NCBI GenBank assembly: GCA_963575745.1 | Contig: CAUYUJ010000002.1 | Span: 1,426,001 to 1,490,000 of the forward strand | Length of the DNA: 64,000 nt | From: Prorocentrum cordatum | Lineage: Eukaryota | Direction of reading: 5' to 3' | Shown: piece by piece, positions 26,055 to 38,675 of the stretch | Layout of the letters: every line of letters begins with the position of its first letter | Numbering within the stretch: the first letter of the stretch is position 1 | The notes under the pieces: generated by a model | The model's input: the letters and a program-made list of their open reading frames with translations, nothing else | What the model was told of the DNA's origin: nothing | Database searches by the model: none | Made by a program: the position numbers and the translations under genes

Positions 26055-28489
26055 CCCCCCCCCCCCCACGGGCGGGCCGTCGGGGTAGGACATGCACACG
26101 CACGCGGGGGCCACGGGCCCCGCGGGCGGGACGCCCGTCTTCGTGAAGGAGCCGAAGCAGTAGTCGCAGGCCTCGCGCGTCGGGGGCTGCTGGGGACGAG
26201 CGCGTGTCCAGAGCTCCTCCCGGAGATCCAAGCGGTTGCGTCATTGGTTCGCACAGGGTGCTCAGGTGTTGCTGGAGGTGCCCCTGGCCCAAGGTGCCCC
26301 CAGCTTGTCGCTCCATCTTGGAGCCTCTGGGGCCCTCTGGGCTTCGTGAAGGCTCCCCTGGAGGCCGGTCTGGGCCACCTTGAGAATCCTGGGGGTACCT
26401 TGGGCCAGAGGTATCTAGCAGCACCCGAGGTGTGTTCGCCTGTTTCCTGGCCCTGGGACCATCACAGATCGATCCGGCTCGGAACAAATGCGACAGGAAT
26501 ATGCGGCTTCCAGTTGTGATGCTCCATCATGTTGTAGGTGTTTCACGATGTTGGATCTCACAGTTCGGCGATCGTATAGCCTCTAGCGCACCCGCCGCTT
26601 TCACACAGATGCCGCGCTAGCAGGGCTGTTCAAACCAAGCTCTGTCACTCGGGCCGCATCTCGTCATCGGTACTGGCCCCATCTGGGTGCTCACCCGCTC
26701 GAGCGCTGCTCGAGGCTCGAGCATCGAGGCTTTCGGGCGCCTCGCCTAAGAGAAAGAAGACCATCATAATCATACAGTGGAGGCCAGTCCACCAGAAACC
26801 TTCCACAAGAAAAACCCAACCATGAGACCCCAGGACGTCCATCGATGCTTGGGGTGGGAACGTCACGCTCTCCATAGCAAAACCATCGAACCCCAAGAAG
26901 CCCTGGGCACCCTGGAGGCGGGCAGGGTGTTTCTTGGCATGGGCCCTCACTGTACACACATCTGGGGTCCGCGCAAACGTCTTCCCCCTCCCTGGCGCGC
27001 GGAGAGCGCCAGAGGCGGTGCACGAGGCCATGCCTGGGAGGGACCAGCGTCGATCCAAGAAATCCCCCGGACGTTTGTGCGTGCGTCGTCGTATCTTCCA
27101 TCGATCGAGGCTCGAGGCTCGAGGCTCGAGGCTCGAGGATTTTGAGGGTCCCTGTTTGGAATGTCGAGCTGCGAGCCCCCGTCGAGCATCGAGCATGGCG
27201 ACGCCTCTTGGCTCCTGTCTGGGTCCTCTGGAGGCCTTCCTCGGAGGGCCTCCCTGGGGTACAGAGGCCTCCACGGGCGGCCGTCGCCGCCGCGGGCGAG
27301 GACGGGGAGGCGGCAGGGGAACGGGGAGGAGGAGGGAGGGTGGGGAGAGAGGAGGGAGGAGAGAGGAGGCAGGAGAGGGAGGAGAGAGGAGGCAGGAGAG
27401 GGAGGAGGAGGAGGGAGGAGGAGGAGGAGGGAGGAGGAGGAGGAGGAGGACCGGTAACAATTGAGTCCCAGGAATGGTGTTCTGGAGCGATTCAGCATCG
27501 TCATGACGTAACAGTCAGATTGATTCGTGGCGTCGAAGACTTGAGAATGTGTTTGGACGCTTCAGGATCTTCAAACGGTTGTCCCCCATCGGGGCACTTT
27601 CTTTTGTGGCATGAATCCGTGTAGGGTCCTGTGAAGGGGGAGCCTGGAGGCTTGGAGGGAGGCTTTATGCCAACATCGCTGCTGACTCTAGGGTTTACAC
27701 TGGTCCTCCTCTTCCTCCTCCTCCTCGTCCTCGTCGTCTCCACCCCCCTCCTCCCTCCCTTCCTCCTCCCCGAGAGCCGAGAGGGCCCCTTCCCCCTCCC
27801 TCCTTTCCCCCCCCCGGCCATCTGCGCGCGAGGCAGGGGCTGCCGCGCCTCCGGCGCCGAGGGGAAGCCTCCTGCGGAGGGCCGCCTCGTGTCTGCCGCT
27901 TCCGCCGCCGTCGTCGCCGCCGCCGTCGCCGCCGCCGCCGTCGTCGCCGTCGACGCCCTCGCACTCGTCGTCATCGTCGCCGTCGTCGGCGACGACGTCG
28001 ACTTCGACGTCGCTCTCGGGTGGAGAGAGAAGGGGGAGGAGCCGTGCGAAGGGAAGGGGGGCACGGGGTGGCGAGGCGAGGCGCGGCCATATGTGCGTCC
28101 AGGAGGAGGAGGGGAATGAGGAGAGGGGAGGGGGTTGGAAGGAGTGTTGGAGGAGGAGAGGAGGAGAGGGAGGCGGGAGGAGGAGGAGGAGGAGGAGGCG
28201 GAGGAGAAGGAGGATGATGAGGAGGGAGGAGGAGGAGAGGAGTAGAAGGAGGATGGTCGGAAGAGGAGCAGTGGAGATGTACGTCCAGAATGGGCAGAGG
28301 GCAGGGGAGGAGAAGGAGAGGGAACACGGAGCACGAACTGGCGTGCGTCCGAAGAGGCAAACCCGATGGAGGAGGCGGAAGGGGAGGAGGAAAATGAGCA
28401 GGGGACAGAGAAGAAGGACTAGGAGGAGGACGAGGAGGAGGACGAGGAGGAGGACGAGGACGAGGGGGAGGACGAGCAGGAGGAGGAGG

Positions 28490-28530
28490 AATGCTGATGC
28501 TGATGCTGATGCTGAGGCTGAGGCTGATGC

Positions 28531-28580
<50 letters not shown>

Positions 28581-28737
28581 ATGAGATGATGAGGATGAGG
28601 ATGAGGATGATGATGATGATGATGATGCTGATGATGATGCTGCTGATGATGATGATAATGATAATGATGAAGATGAAGATGAAGATGAAGATGAAGATGA
28701 AGATGAAGATGAAGATGAAGATGAAGATGAAGATGAA

Positions 28738-28831
<94 letters not shown>

Positions 28832-28842
28832 ATGATGATGAT
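28490..28842. repeat. (GAT)n / (GAAGAT)n microsatellite
   Basis: Direct observation; continues as GAT/GGT runs at 29230-29600 and CAT runs at 29970-30130. Confidence 0.95.
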
Positions 28843-29257
28843 GAGAGGAGGAGGGATGCGGGGGAGAGGGAGAAGGGATGGGGAGAAGGAGGAGGCAAGA
28901 GGGGGCAGGAGGAGGAGCTATCTAGAGTTCTGGAGGTCGGAGGAGGAGAAGCATCGGCGAGCGCCCTCCCGGGCAGGCCAGCGGGGGGCGGGTCGGTCTG
29001 CGCACGAGGAGTCGGTTTCTGGCCCGGCTCGGCGCGTTGCCCAGATGGTTGGTTTGTTTCCCGTCAGGGACGGCCAGGGGGAATGGTGATTCGGGGGTCA
29101 CTACCCACGAAATCACCCAAAGCCAAGCCAACCCGAAGGCCCCAAGTTGCCCTCCGTTTCCAGCGGGGGGGCATCCCAGCATCCCAAAAAACACTGAAGG
29201 AACGCAGAGAAGCGCAGAGGGAATGCATGCTGATGGTGCTGATGGTGCTGATGGTGC

Positions 29258-29305
<48 letters not shown>

Positions 29306-29970
29306 CGATGACGACGACAATGAGGAGGCTGGTGGTGGTGGTGGTGCTGTCGTTGCTGCTGCTGTTGTTGATGGTGATGGTGATGGTGATGGTGACGATG
29401 ATGGTGGCGATAGTGATGATGATGATGATGACGGTGATGATGGTGGTGCTGGTGATGGTGATGGTGATGATGATGCTGATGATGATGGTGGTGGTGATGG
29501 TGATGATGCTGATGCTGTAGATGATGATGCTGATGACGCTGATGATGTTGATGATGATGATGATGCTGATCATGGTGATGATGCTGCTGATGATGATGTT
29601 GAGGAGGAGGAGGAAGGAGGATGGGGCATAAGGAGGAGGAGGTGGAGGAACGAAGGGAAAGAGGGATAAGGATTCGAGGTAGGAAGAGAAGTGCATCGAT
29701 TACGACGAGGATGCGAAGCAGAAGGGGCGAAAAGCAACAACAAGACATGGGGGGATCGACTCGTCAACACTGTCCCTAGGAATCTCGTCCTGCACTGCCG
29801 CTGCACACCGTACTTGTCGGCACCATCCTTGCTCCCTCTGCCTCCTCGTCTTTCTCCTCCTCCTTATCCGCTGCTGCCCGCATCCTCTCATCCTCCTCCG
29901 GAACCACGAGCATCATTATACGTGTCCTCCGCCTCGGCCACTATCCTCCTACTCCTCATACTCCTCCCAC

Positions 29971-30055
<85 letters not shown>

Positions 30056-30903
30056 CAGCATCAGCATCAGCATCGGCATCGGCATCGGCATCGGCATCAG
30101 CATCCTCCTCCTCCTCCTCCTCCTCATCCTCATCCTCAACCACCACCATCGTCAGTCCTCTCCCTCTCCGTCCCCGTGCTTCTCCTCCTCCTCGTCCTCC
30201 TCATCCATCTCTCCGTACACCACCATTCTCTTCCTGTCCTCACCCTGCCCTCTCCTCCCCTCCCCCAACTTCTCGACCACCGAGGTCGACGAAGGAGACG
30301 ACGACAACGACCCCATCGAGGGAGAGCAGGGCGTCCTACAGTGACCTCCATCAGCTGCCTGGACTTCACGTTCATCACCGTTCCGCTGGCCTGTCGGTAC
30401 CCTTCCCTCGTTTCTCTGCTATTATGCATCTCCGCTTCCTTCGCCTCCTCAACATCCCCATGCTCGACCTCCGTCCCTTCGTCCTCCACTCCTCCACACG
30501 TCTCCGCCTCTTCCTCCTCCTCCTCCTTCTCCTCCTCCGCTTACACCTCAAAGGGAGGGCGAGAACGAGGACATTTGCCGGCCCAACGGGCCAGGGGCGT
30601 GCTAAGATCTCCTGTAACTGGTTAAACCTATTTCTAATTCGCGCGCGCGGAGCGGCCCCTGGGGCCCCCGGACGAAACGTACCCCGGCAAGGTTTCGGGA
30701 GAAGCCCCCAGAGCACTCCAGGGGAGGGCCATTTTTTGACACCCCTCACGAGGATCGTGGCCGCCGAGGGGGGAGCCGCAATCGACTACCCCCCCTCCCG
30801 CCCCAAGAGGCCCCCCCAAACCCCCCAACAGGCCATGGGGGGCCCCAGGACGCCGCCAAGGAGCCCCAAGAGACTCCCAAGAGGTCCCCAAGGGGCCCCC
30901 AAG

Positions 30904-31235
30904 TGTCAATGATAATGGCTATGAGCCTCTTTTCCACGAACTGTAAGATCCGCTCGGTCGATCAATATGAAATGGTGCCAGTCGCACCACACACGCACAC
31001 AGCTGATGAAATCAGGGAAACCCCAATCAAAGCCTGGAGCACATCTGATAATTTGATATCGCTGTCTGGCTCAAAAAAGGGATCCCCTGATATCGTTTGA
31101 GAAGCAAACGGCCATGGAAATACAACATGGCATACCATGCAACATAAAACTCCTCAAGCCCTTGAAAAGGGCGTTCAACTCACTAGCTGCTTATCTACTG
31201 CGTTTCGGGCTGTCCCTGAAACTCTCATCTTCACA
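30904..31235 (-). repeat. 3' LTR of copia #1 (332 bp)
   Basis: tgtcaatgataatgg...ctctcatcttcaca; ~16 substitutions plus one 4-bp indel versus the 5' LTR by manual alignment (~95%). Confidence 0.95.
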
Positions 31236-31415
31236 CAGCACATTAACTTTGCAGCTTCAGAAACTGGAGACCAGCAGCCTGCATAAATAACCTTCTGCAC
31301 TGCATAAAAGGAGCTGTGCTCTGAAAATCACATAAAAGGCTCGGCCCAAACCAGCCGAACAGCAACCGTTCGCACATCAAGCATGAAACGAAACAAAACG
31401 AGTTTCGAATAACCA

Positions 31416-31577
31416 TCAGATTTCCATAAGGATCCTCCGAACGAGGTCTGCTTTGAGCCCCGACACTGGGAGGTTCATTTCACGCAAAATGCCCTGCAAC
31501 GCATACACCGGCATAGCCTCAAGCTTCTTCTGTACGTCCGGTGTGTAGGGCATGTGAGTCATTCCTAGATAGTCCAT
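31416..31577 (-). pseudogene. SAP-domain-like C-terminal segment of the copia #1 polyprotein
   Basis: Manual translation MDYLGMTHMPYTPDVQKKLEAMPVYALQGILREMNLPVSGLKADLVRRILMEI*; in frame with ORF 31611..31805 across one TGA. Confidence 0.75.
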
Positions 31578-31729
31578 ATTCCGCGCAGCACTGCTCGGAG
31601 ACAGTTTGAGTCAATTGCCCGGTGGTCTTGCCACGATCTCCCTGGAGCTGGCTGAATGCGAAAGTGCATCCGTTGTCGGCACCAACTCCGGCTTGTATGT
31701 CTGAGAGGCAATAAACAGGAGTACACAAA

Positions 31730-33862
31730 TCAAGCCATGAAAACTGCACCGAATGAAACTCCTGCGGCAAACGTCCCAGCTGGGGACAGCAAGCACTGAG
31801 ACCATTGGTCAAACGGCTCGGCCAAGACATAAGTTGAAACTTGTTGGCCGATCATCGGCCCAGTTAATGCTACTGCTGCTGCCGCCGCTGCAACCTGTGG
31901 CAACGTTGTACCTGAAGAAAAACTGCTTGCCAGAATGCTGGGAAACAGAGCTGCACGCTTGAATCGCGAAGTCCTAGTAGTCATCGATGTGATCACTTCC
32001 ACCTGATAAACCATCTCATGCACATCAATCCTCGATATGTCGTTATCTGCACTGTAGTCCTTGGGCTTGGCGTAGTTGGCGTTCAGGTAATCGGCATCAC
32101 CCTCCAACTCAACTCGCTGAGCACGCTGAATCTCGTCCCAGGGGTCGGTAAGCTTCCGCTTCCTGAGTGAGGGTGCTCGGGGATCTGGTCCGAAAGTCCA
32201 TAGGTTCTCGTGAAAAACTCGATCTTGGCACGGGGTATCCATCTTCTTGGTAAGGCCGTCGGCCAGCTGCTGCTCAGATCGTACCCATTTGATGCCTCCA
32301 TGCTGGCACTCCTGCCCGATAATAGCTGCTTCCAAGGAGAGCCTCCGATCTGATAGATGAACGCGCTCCTTGACCACACAATTCCACAGAGAACGACAAT
32401 CTGTCACCAAAACACCCTTCCACTCTTCTGCTGCCTGACGGCACTCATGCCCCAACTTATTCGCTGGAAAGATATCTGCACACACGGCGCGTGTCCAGAA
32501 TGCGACGTCTTGAGCTTCAGAACAACTGTAGGCCTCCGCCGAGAGGGCACTGCGTACTGCAAGACCAATCCGCCCACTTGACCAGGACAATAGCATGCAT
32601 GGGTATAACTTGTTGTGATCGTCCATGATAGCACCATCTCCCACCATGATATAAAACCCACGCTGGCTCTTGTGGTTCGGCATGTTGTCGAAAGACGCGT
32701 CATACGATGCAATGGTGACCGATTTCTCGAAATCAAAACCACCACGAAATATCATCTGCATCTTCCCCTCGCGCCAGATAGAGCGTACAAGACTGTTCAT
32801 GTCTTTCATGTCCTGTACCGTCGGCTTCGTCATCTGGCCTGCCAGCCTTGATGCCCCGAAACTGTATTTGTGGAGCAGCAGCATCACTACCCACTGAACC
32901 TGTCCGTTCATGCCACGTAGTGCTCGATGTTCGGCTGCTGTGAGTAGCTCCTTGTCTTGCTTGGCCCTCTCACGGGGCATGCGGTAGTCGGTCATCCCGT
33001 CAATGTAGTTGTCCATGTCGATCGCGATGACAAAGTCCTTGTCCTGCTTGAAGCGTCGGCCTGTGAAGGTAGCACCTTCGGGTGAGCCTTGAAGATCGTG
33101 CCAGTCACCGAACTCCACCTGCTCCTTCAGCTCACCGAACTCCACCTTGTCGAAAGCCATGAGCATGTCATCCACGTGCAAGCATAAGAGTCCCACCAGC
33201 TCCCCATTGTGCATAAGCTTGAAGGCCGCAGTCTCGAACTGCAGCTGCTCGAAACCGACCTGCTTCAGGATCTGGACAATCCGCTTGTACCAGGCCCTCG
33301 CCGCGTCGCTGGTGCCATAGATGCTCTTGTTGAGCTTGAGCAAACTCCCTTCTTCCAGTCCAGGAATTGTCATCCCCGGCATGCTCTTGGGCATCTTGAA
33401 GTACAGCTCTCTCTCGATCTTGACGCCCTGCAGGGAAGCTCCAGCGGCGTCTCCAGCAAAGCACGAGAGCCGCTTGCACGCCGAAGTGCTACACAAGAAG
33501 TTCTGCATGAAAGGCGAGCATATCGGCAAATCTCGTCGTAGCTTCTCATCGTACTTATCCTGGAAACCCTTGCCCACGATGCGACACTTGGGCCGGGAAC
33601 TGGCATCGTTGCCGCTGCCTTTGTTTGTCCAAACTGCGCGGCTCTCGATCTGCAACGACTTGTCAATATTCTTGGCCATCGCAGGGGCGATGACCGTAAC
33701 TGCGTCGTACTTGGTCCAAGTACTCCATTCCTTGATGAGCGCGTTGAGGCATTTCTCGGTGCGCTCCCTGCTGTATTGATCGTCGTATCTCAACGCATCC
33801 TTGATTTCCATCTCGCCGTTGGTAGCACGATCGGCTCGTTCAGCTGCGAACGACTCGCGCAT
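31730..33862 (-). pseudogene. pol: Copia #1 reverse transcriptase + RNase H, with hydrophobic C-terminal extension
   Basis: KCRIVGKGFQD, LNKSIYGTSDAARAW, LHVDDML; RNase H SYDASF, SAEAYS, VTDCRSL, QLADGLTK. Confidence 0.95.
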
Positions 33863-35064
33863 AACCTTGTTGGTCGAATATGATATGCGGTACGTGTCCC
33901 CTTGTCGTTTGCTGTCGTCAGCGTGTTGAGGCCGATGTGTGCTCGACTCTGGTAGATGGTGTCAGATGCTGGCGTCTTCCTCTTAAGCCTCCGCCTCTCG
34001 CCGCGATCGCGATTGGCGCGTTGCCGTGCTCGCTGTCGCTGGCGGGTACTGTCTGCATCAGGATCCGCAGAGGTGGTAGGCGGTGCGCTGCTCGCCCCCC
34101 GAGTAGCCGTCCGTGCTGGAGCCGGGTTGTCCGGCCCATAGGACTGAGGAGCCCCTTGAGGTTCAGTACCCTCAGGAACACCTCCAGGGGCATGTCCTTC
34201 CGAAGGGTCCTGCGCTGTCCGATGAGTAAACTCTACCACGATGTCGGTCATGTCCATACCTCGCACCAGAGGAACGTCGAAAGGCACATCCAGGCTGTTG
34301 CGCGCCAGGTCCACCATCATCACCTTGGTGTTGCAGTCAAAGATACGTCGCCGTAGTGGCCGATCTCGGGGTATAACATCTTCTTCATGTAGTGGTGTCA
34401 TCGTGCATCGTGCAATCCTGGTTGTCAGGATGGCGTCGTAGGGCCCACGAGGCTGCGAGCCAATGAGCATGGCCCACGACTCTGGGATATTCCACGAACC
34501 ATCTGGCCACTCTGCTTCAACCCGCCTTCGCCGTGCAGGAGGTTGGCCTTCATAATCAGCGTCGCGATCTTGAAATTCCTCCATGTCTTGTCCCTGCGGT
34601 GCCGGAGGTGGCGCAGGATCTGGTGGCTGATCAGGCGGCGGTCGTGGTTGGATCCCAGGTTGTAGAGGCTGTCGTGGTTCAGTGAACGTGGCATTGCGCA
34701 AATCCACGAAGCCGCGCTGTCCATGCGGAACTCCTCGCCATTCACGCTGATCTCCAGGAATGCGATCCTCGATCTCATTGAGCGTCGACCTCCGGAGGAT
34801 ATTAGGTCCAGCCAGAATAGGCATGCCGTTGTGGATAAGCCAGTAGCCGAACTGGTCCCTCCCAATCACACGTGCTGGTCCCTGCCATTTACGATGTTGA
34901 TCGCGTTTTCCTCCACCTGCGCGCCGGTAGTGAACCCGTTCGCCGCGCTCGACAGGTCCAGGCTGAGGTCGCGTCTTTGATAGCACCGCTCGTCGTAGGG
35001 TTGAGCTGTTGGCCGCTTGGTGAAATGCGACCTCACATGCTTCTGAAGCCGTAGGCAATGCCAC
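33790..35064 (-). pseudogene. pol: Copia #1 post-integrase region (WQGPARVIG motif) and linker
   Basis: GERVHYRR...KWQGPARVIGRD; frameshifted between the IN and RT ORFs. Confidence 0.8.
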
Positions 35065-35830
35065 ATGAGAGATCCATGTGCTACTTGGCCTGCAACAACA
35101 GGATCAGCATTGATATCTCCAAGAGATGCCGGTAGTGATGGGTTCTCTCCAAGGACCCACTGCGCTGGGGAAAAACCCTTATTGTTCGATAGGCGGTCCA
35201 TGGTCTGAGCAATCTGATAACCGGCGACCTTGGCGCTCTCGTCATCCTTCACCTCGAGCTCGCCAAAGACCTTGGTGGCCATCTCCTTGAAGAATCGAAT
35301 CTTCCGCTCCACCTTTCCATGTTGATGATGCCCTTCTGGGGCAACTGGAACGCATGGAACTCCGAGATCTTCGCAGAAAACTTCGAACTCCAGACGAAAG
35401 GCCGCATCTTGGTCAAGCTGAAACCGCTGTGGGGCCAATAGTGTCCGCTGCCAGCCCTCCACGAAAGCCGTCTTGGCGCGGCTTGAAGTGGGACTTGGCT
35501 TGCGGTTGCCACCACTGATCATCCATTGTATGGCGGCGTAGTCGGTGACCAGGTCCAGCATGAGCAAGTAGGCGTGCATGTTGCCGTTCAGGTCAGGCGC
35601 GTAGGCGATGTCCATACCAAGACATTGGTTGAACTTGGTCCACTTCGGTAGGCTTGCGATGGGATGCGCTGGCGGTCGTTGCTGAGAGTCGCACAGCTCA
35701 CACTTGAATAGCTTTGCCGCTGAAGCCGCCGCCGGCGATCCACCACCTGCCTGAATATGTCGTGCCAAATCTTCGCCTCGAAGTGCAGGTGAAAACTGAA
35801 CGTGCAGCTTCTTGATTGCCGCCTTGAGTG
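34866..35830 (-). pseudogene. pol: Copia #1 integrase (HHCC + DDE)
   Basis: KLHVQ..KCELC; GMDIAY; QLDQDAAF; PEGHHQHGKVER; GFSPAQWVLG. Confidence 0.9.
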
Positions 35831-35984
35831 CTGCTGGTGCTTGCTGCCATTGTTGATGGGTCTCCGCGTCTGAGCCCATGATGAGGCCTGAGCTTGACGC
35901 GAAGCCCGTAGCGGGGCATGCGTCAGTGGCGTCAGGAACTCCCAGGATGATCTCTCCACCCAGAAGCTTCTCCAACTCATATTG

Positions 35985-36575
35985 TTGCTTCGTGCCCTCG
36001 AAGATCCTTTCTGCCAGGTCCGGGGACCAGACTGCAAAATCACGTGACTTGCCGCCTCGGCCTTGAACTTCACCATGTCCGTGATCTCCTGCGCACCGAA
36101 CTTCCAATGCATATGCCAATGCCGCCGCTGTTGTCACAAACCGCGTTGGCTTCTGAAGCAACTCTCCACGATCGTCTCGTAGGTCGAAGACACACTGGTC
36201 ACATCGAACCCAGATCAGCTCCGGCGGGAACTCGTCCTTGATGATGTTCCACACCTGTGAACAAAGGGTTCTCCAGCAAAACATGTCTGCCATGTGTCAG
36301 TCGATGCTTGACGATATGTAAAGCAAATCGTACATGTGCCGGCGCCTTCGCGCGGCGCCTGCGCCGCTCCTTCTCCGAGTAGAATTGTTGATGGGCGATC
36401 GTGAGGCACGGGCCCTCATCCTCGATTTCCCGCATCGTAGCTGCTTGGACACTTGGCAGTAGCAAGTCCTCGCCAGTGGTGCGTAAATCCTTGCATTGGC
36501 CAGTCCTGAGTCCACAGCTGCCTGCGAGCTTCGCGACGTTGCACTCTCCGCCGCATATATCCTTCACTGCCGTCC
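35985..36575 (-). pseudogene. C5-cytosine DNA methyltransferase-like domain in copia #1
   Basis: DICGG (motif I-like), DLRTTGEDL, GRHVLLENP (motif VI), CDQCVFDL..QKPTRFVT, RCAGDHGH, AVWSPDLA; the motif IV PC is not clearly intact. Confidence 0.75.
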
Positions 36576-36829
36576 CAGGAACAAGCAGTCGACGTTGATC
36601 CTTGCGTAGTACATTCCAGGTCGCACGCTGTATAAATGCGTTGTCCGCGATCCAGACGCCCACCTGCTTCTTCCGGGACTTGGCCATGATGCCGGTGTCC
36701 CTCACCGCAGTCGTGATCTTCTCGATGGCCGCTGTCATATACTGCGACTCGTCCTCCTTCTCGGCCGCCCATGCATCCAGCGCCTTTGTGCTGATCGTCG
36801 GTGCCTCGAGCTGCGTCGGCTCTTTTGGA

Positions 36830-37330
36830 AAGTCGGTGACGTTGATCATCAAGTGGTTCTTCCGCGAGCGCGTGATCTTCACGGGCTGCTCGGATATTCT
36901 CTTGAATATCACCTGGTTGCTCTTGACCTTGATGACTGCATCTAGGGCGTCCATCTGATCCAAGCTCATGAGCATAGGAGAATCTGAGTTTGGTAGCCTC
37001 TCGAAGTTGAGCGTGCAGCCCCGTCCTTGGATGCCGCTTGGTACTGATTGAGTACTCTCGGCCTTGATGGGGGCCGAGGTGCTGATACCCCTGAAGATGG
37101 TCTGAGTCGGCATCTGTATGTCCGCCAGCTCGAACTTCTGAAGATGGCTGTCGATCGCTCGATCTCCACCGCATGGTGCCAAGGCTGCCGTGTCTAGGAC
37201 AATGTGCCCGGGAGGTACCACTTGGTCTGCTGCCATCGTGTCTATCATCTCGTCGTTGACCTGGGTGATCGGGTTGATCGCCTCGTCGATGTGGTTGTGC
37301 GTCGGCTCGATCATGTAGACCTCCTGTGGG
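36830..37330 (-). pseudogene. pol: Copia #1 aspartic protease
   Basis: GHIVLDTAA (37186-37197), PMLMSLDQMDALDAVI, KNHLMINV. Confidence 0.85.
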
Positions 37331-37819
37331 TCTGGTGCGTGCCAGAAAACCTCCAGCGCGTCCGCCACCTTTGCCTCGTCCTCGAACTTTGCTTCCGGTG
37401 GTGGACTGCTTGGTCTTGCTGCACTCCGGGTCTCCAGCCCAGTGCCCAGCCTCACCGCACGCTCCACGCTTGCTTACTTTCTGGAAGGCCCCCAGCTTGT
37501 CCTGGAGATCCTTCGATCCGAAGCTGTTCTTCCCGTCGAAGTCGATGTATGTTTTGCCCTGCCGAAATCCACGATTCGTCTTGCCGCCCTTTTTGAATTG
37601 GCGCTGCCGAGTGTAGTTTGAGCCCGTTGAACCTGAGCTGCCCTTACCACGCCCGCGACCTTTGGCCGCGACAGCTCCGCCAAGCCGTTGAGCCTCAAAC
37701 GCGAATACCTGCACTTCCTCTTCGCTGAGGTCGTTGACGCCCGCGATGGCCATGGCCTGCTCGAGCTCCTCCACTTCGGCGGACAAAGCCTCCATCTCTT
37801 CTCCGTCCTCGTCTCCACC

Positions 37820-38675
37820 TTGGAGGGCGAAAGAGGGGGTCTGCAACAGGGGGTCTTCAATGGGGGCTGAATGGCCCATGTATGCTCAATGTATCGCTCA
37901 CGTATGTGATCGGGTACGGTTGGCATCCAATGCTGGCGGTCATTGATGGCCAGTCATTCGTGCCCGCGCGTTGCCCGCGCGGGCACGCGCGCGGTCCATC
38001 CATTATCGTTCATGCGTGCGGGCGTTATTGCATATTGCGCGTGGGTCGGCGAAGTGGAGTGCAAGTGTGTCTTGATTGTGCGGTTGATGACCGCCTATGT
38101 TCCCAAACGATGACTTCTCGACCCCCAAGACAGATTTGGAATGGGCCCCGCGATTCTCCCAAAATGTGAATTCACATTTTCCTTTTTCCCAAAATGTGAA
38201 TTCACATTCTGGTCCCTTCATAAAGAATCCTACACAAAATTCCAAAATGTGAATTTACATTTTCCTGTTTCCCAACATGTGAATTCAGATTTTCCTTTTT
38301 CCCAAAATGTGAATTCACATTTTGCTTTTCCCCACAATGTGAATTCACATTTTGCCCTGGTCTTCAAGATCCCCAACGCTGAAGCGCAGTGTTCCGCATG
38401 TCAGATTGGCTGGGCAGATTTCGACACTCACCTGACGGCTTTCGTGTGTTCCAGCCTTTTCTTTTTGCGCCCTTAGCGCCCGTTGCCTTCGTCGTCTTTC
38501 CCGAGCCCCCCGCCCCCTTGCTTCCCCCCCCCTAAAGTCTCGCGCGCGGGCGCAGGCGGGGGGCTTCAATTAGTTCCCCCGCCGAACACAGCAATCGAAG
38601 ATGCATCGCCCATTCATGGCCTTAAAAAACATCATTGCCGGGGCCCTGCGCCCGACCCCCACTTTCACCCTCCAA
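37820..38675. mobile_element. 856-bp non-autonomous DNA transposon, 22-bp TIRs, 5-bp TSD CCACC
   Basis: ttggagggcgaaagagggggtc versus rc ttggagggtgaaagtgggggtc; ccacc at 37815-37819 and 38676-38680. Confidence 0.92.
38161..38353. repeat. Six copies of the 20-bp palindrome AAAATGTGAATTCACATTTT at 30-bp period
   Basis: Copies at 38161, 38191, 38244, 38274, 38304 and 38334. Confidence 0.92.

Noticed and set aside
38161..38353. CRISPR-like palindromic array, or bacterial CRP sites (AAATGTGA...TCACATTT)
   Set aside because: Linkers are only 10 bp and conserved, there are no cas genes, and the half-site spacing is 2 nt rather than the 6 nt of CRP; the array lies inside a MITE
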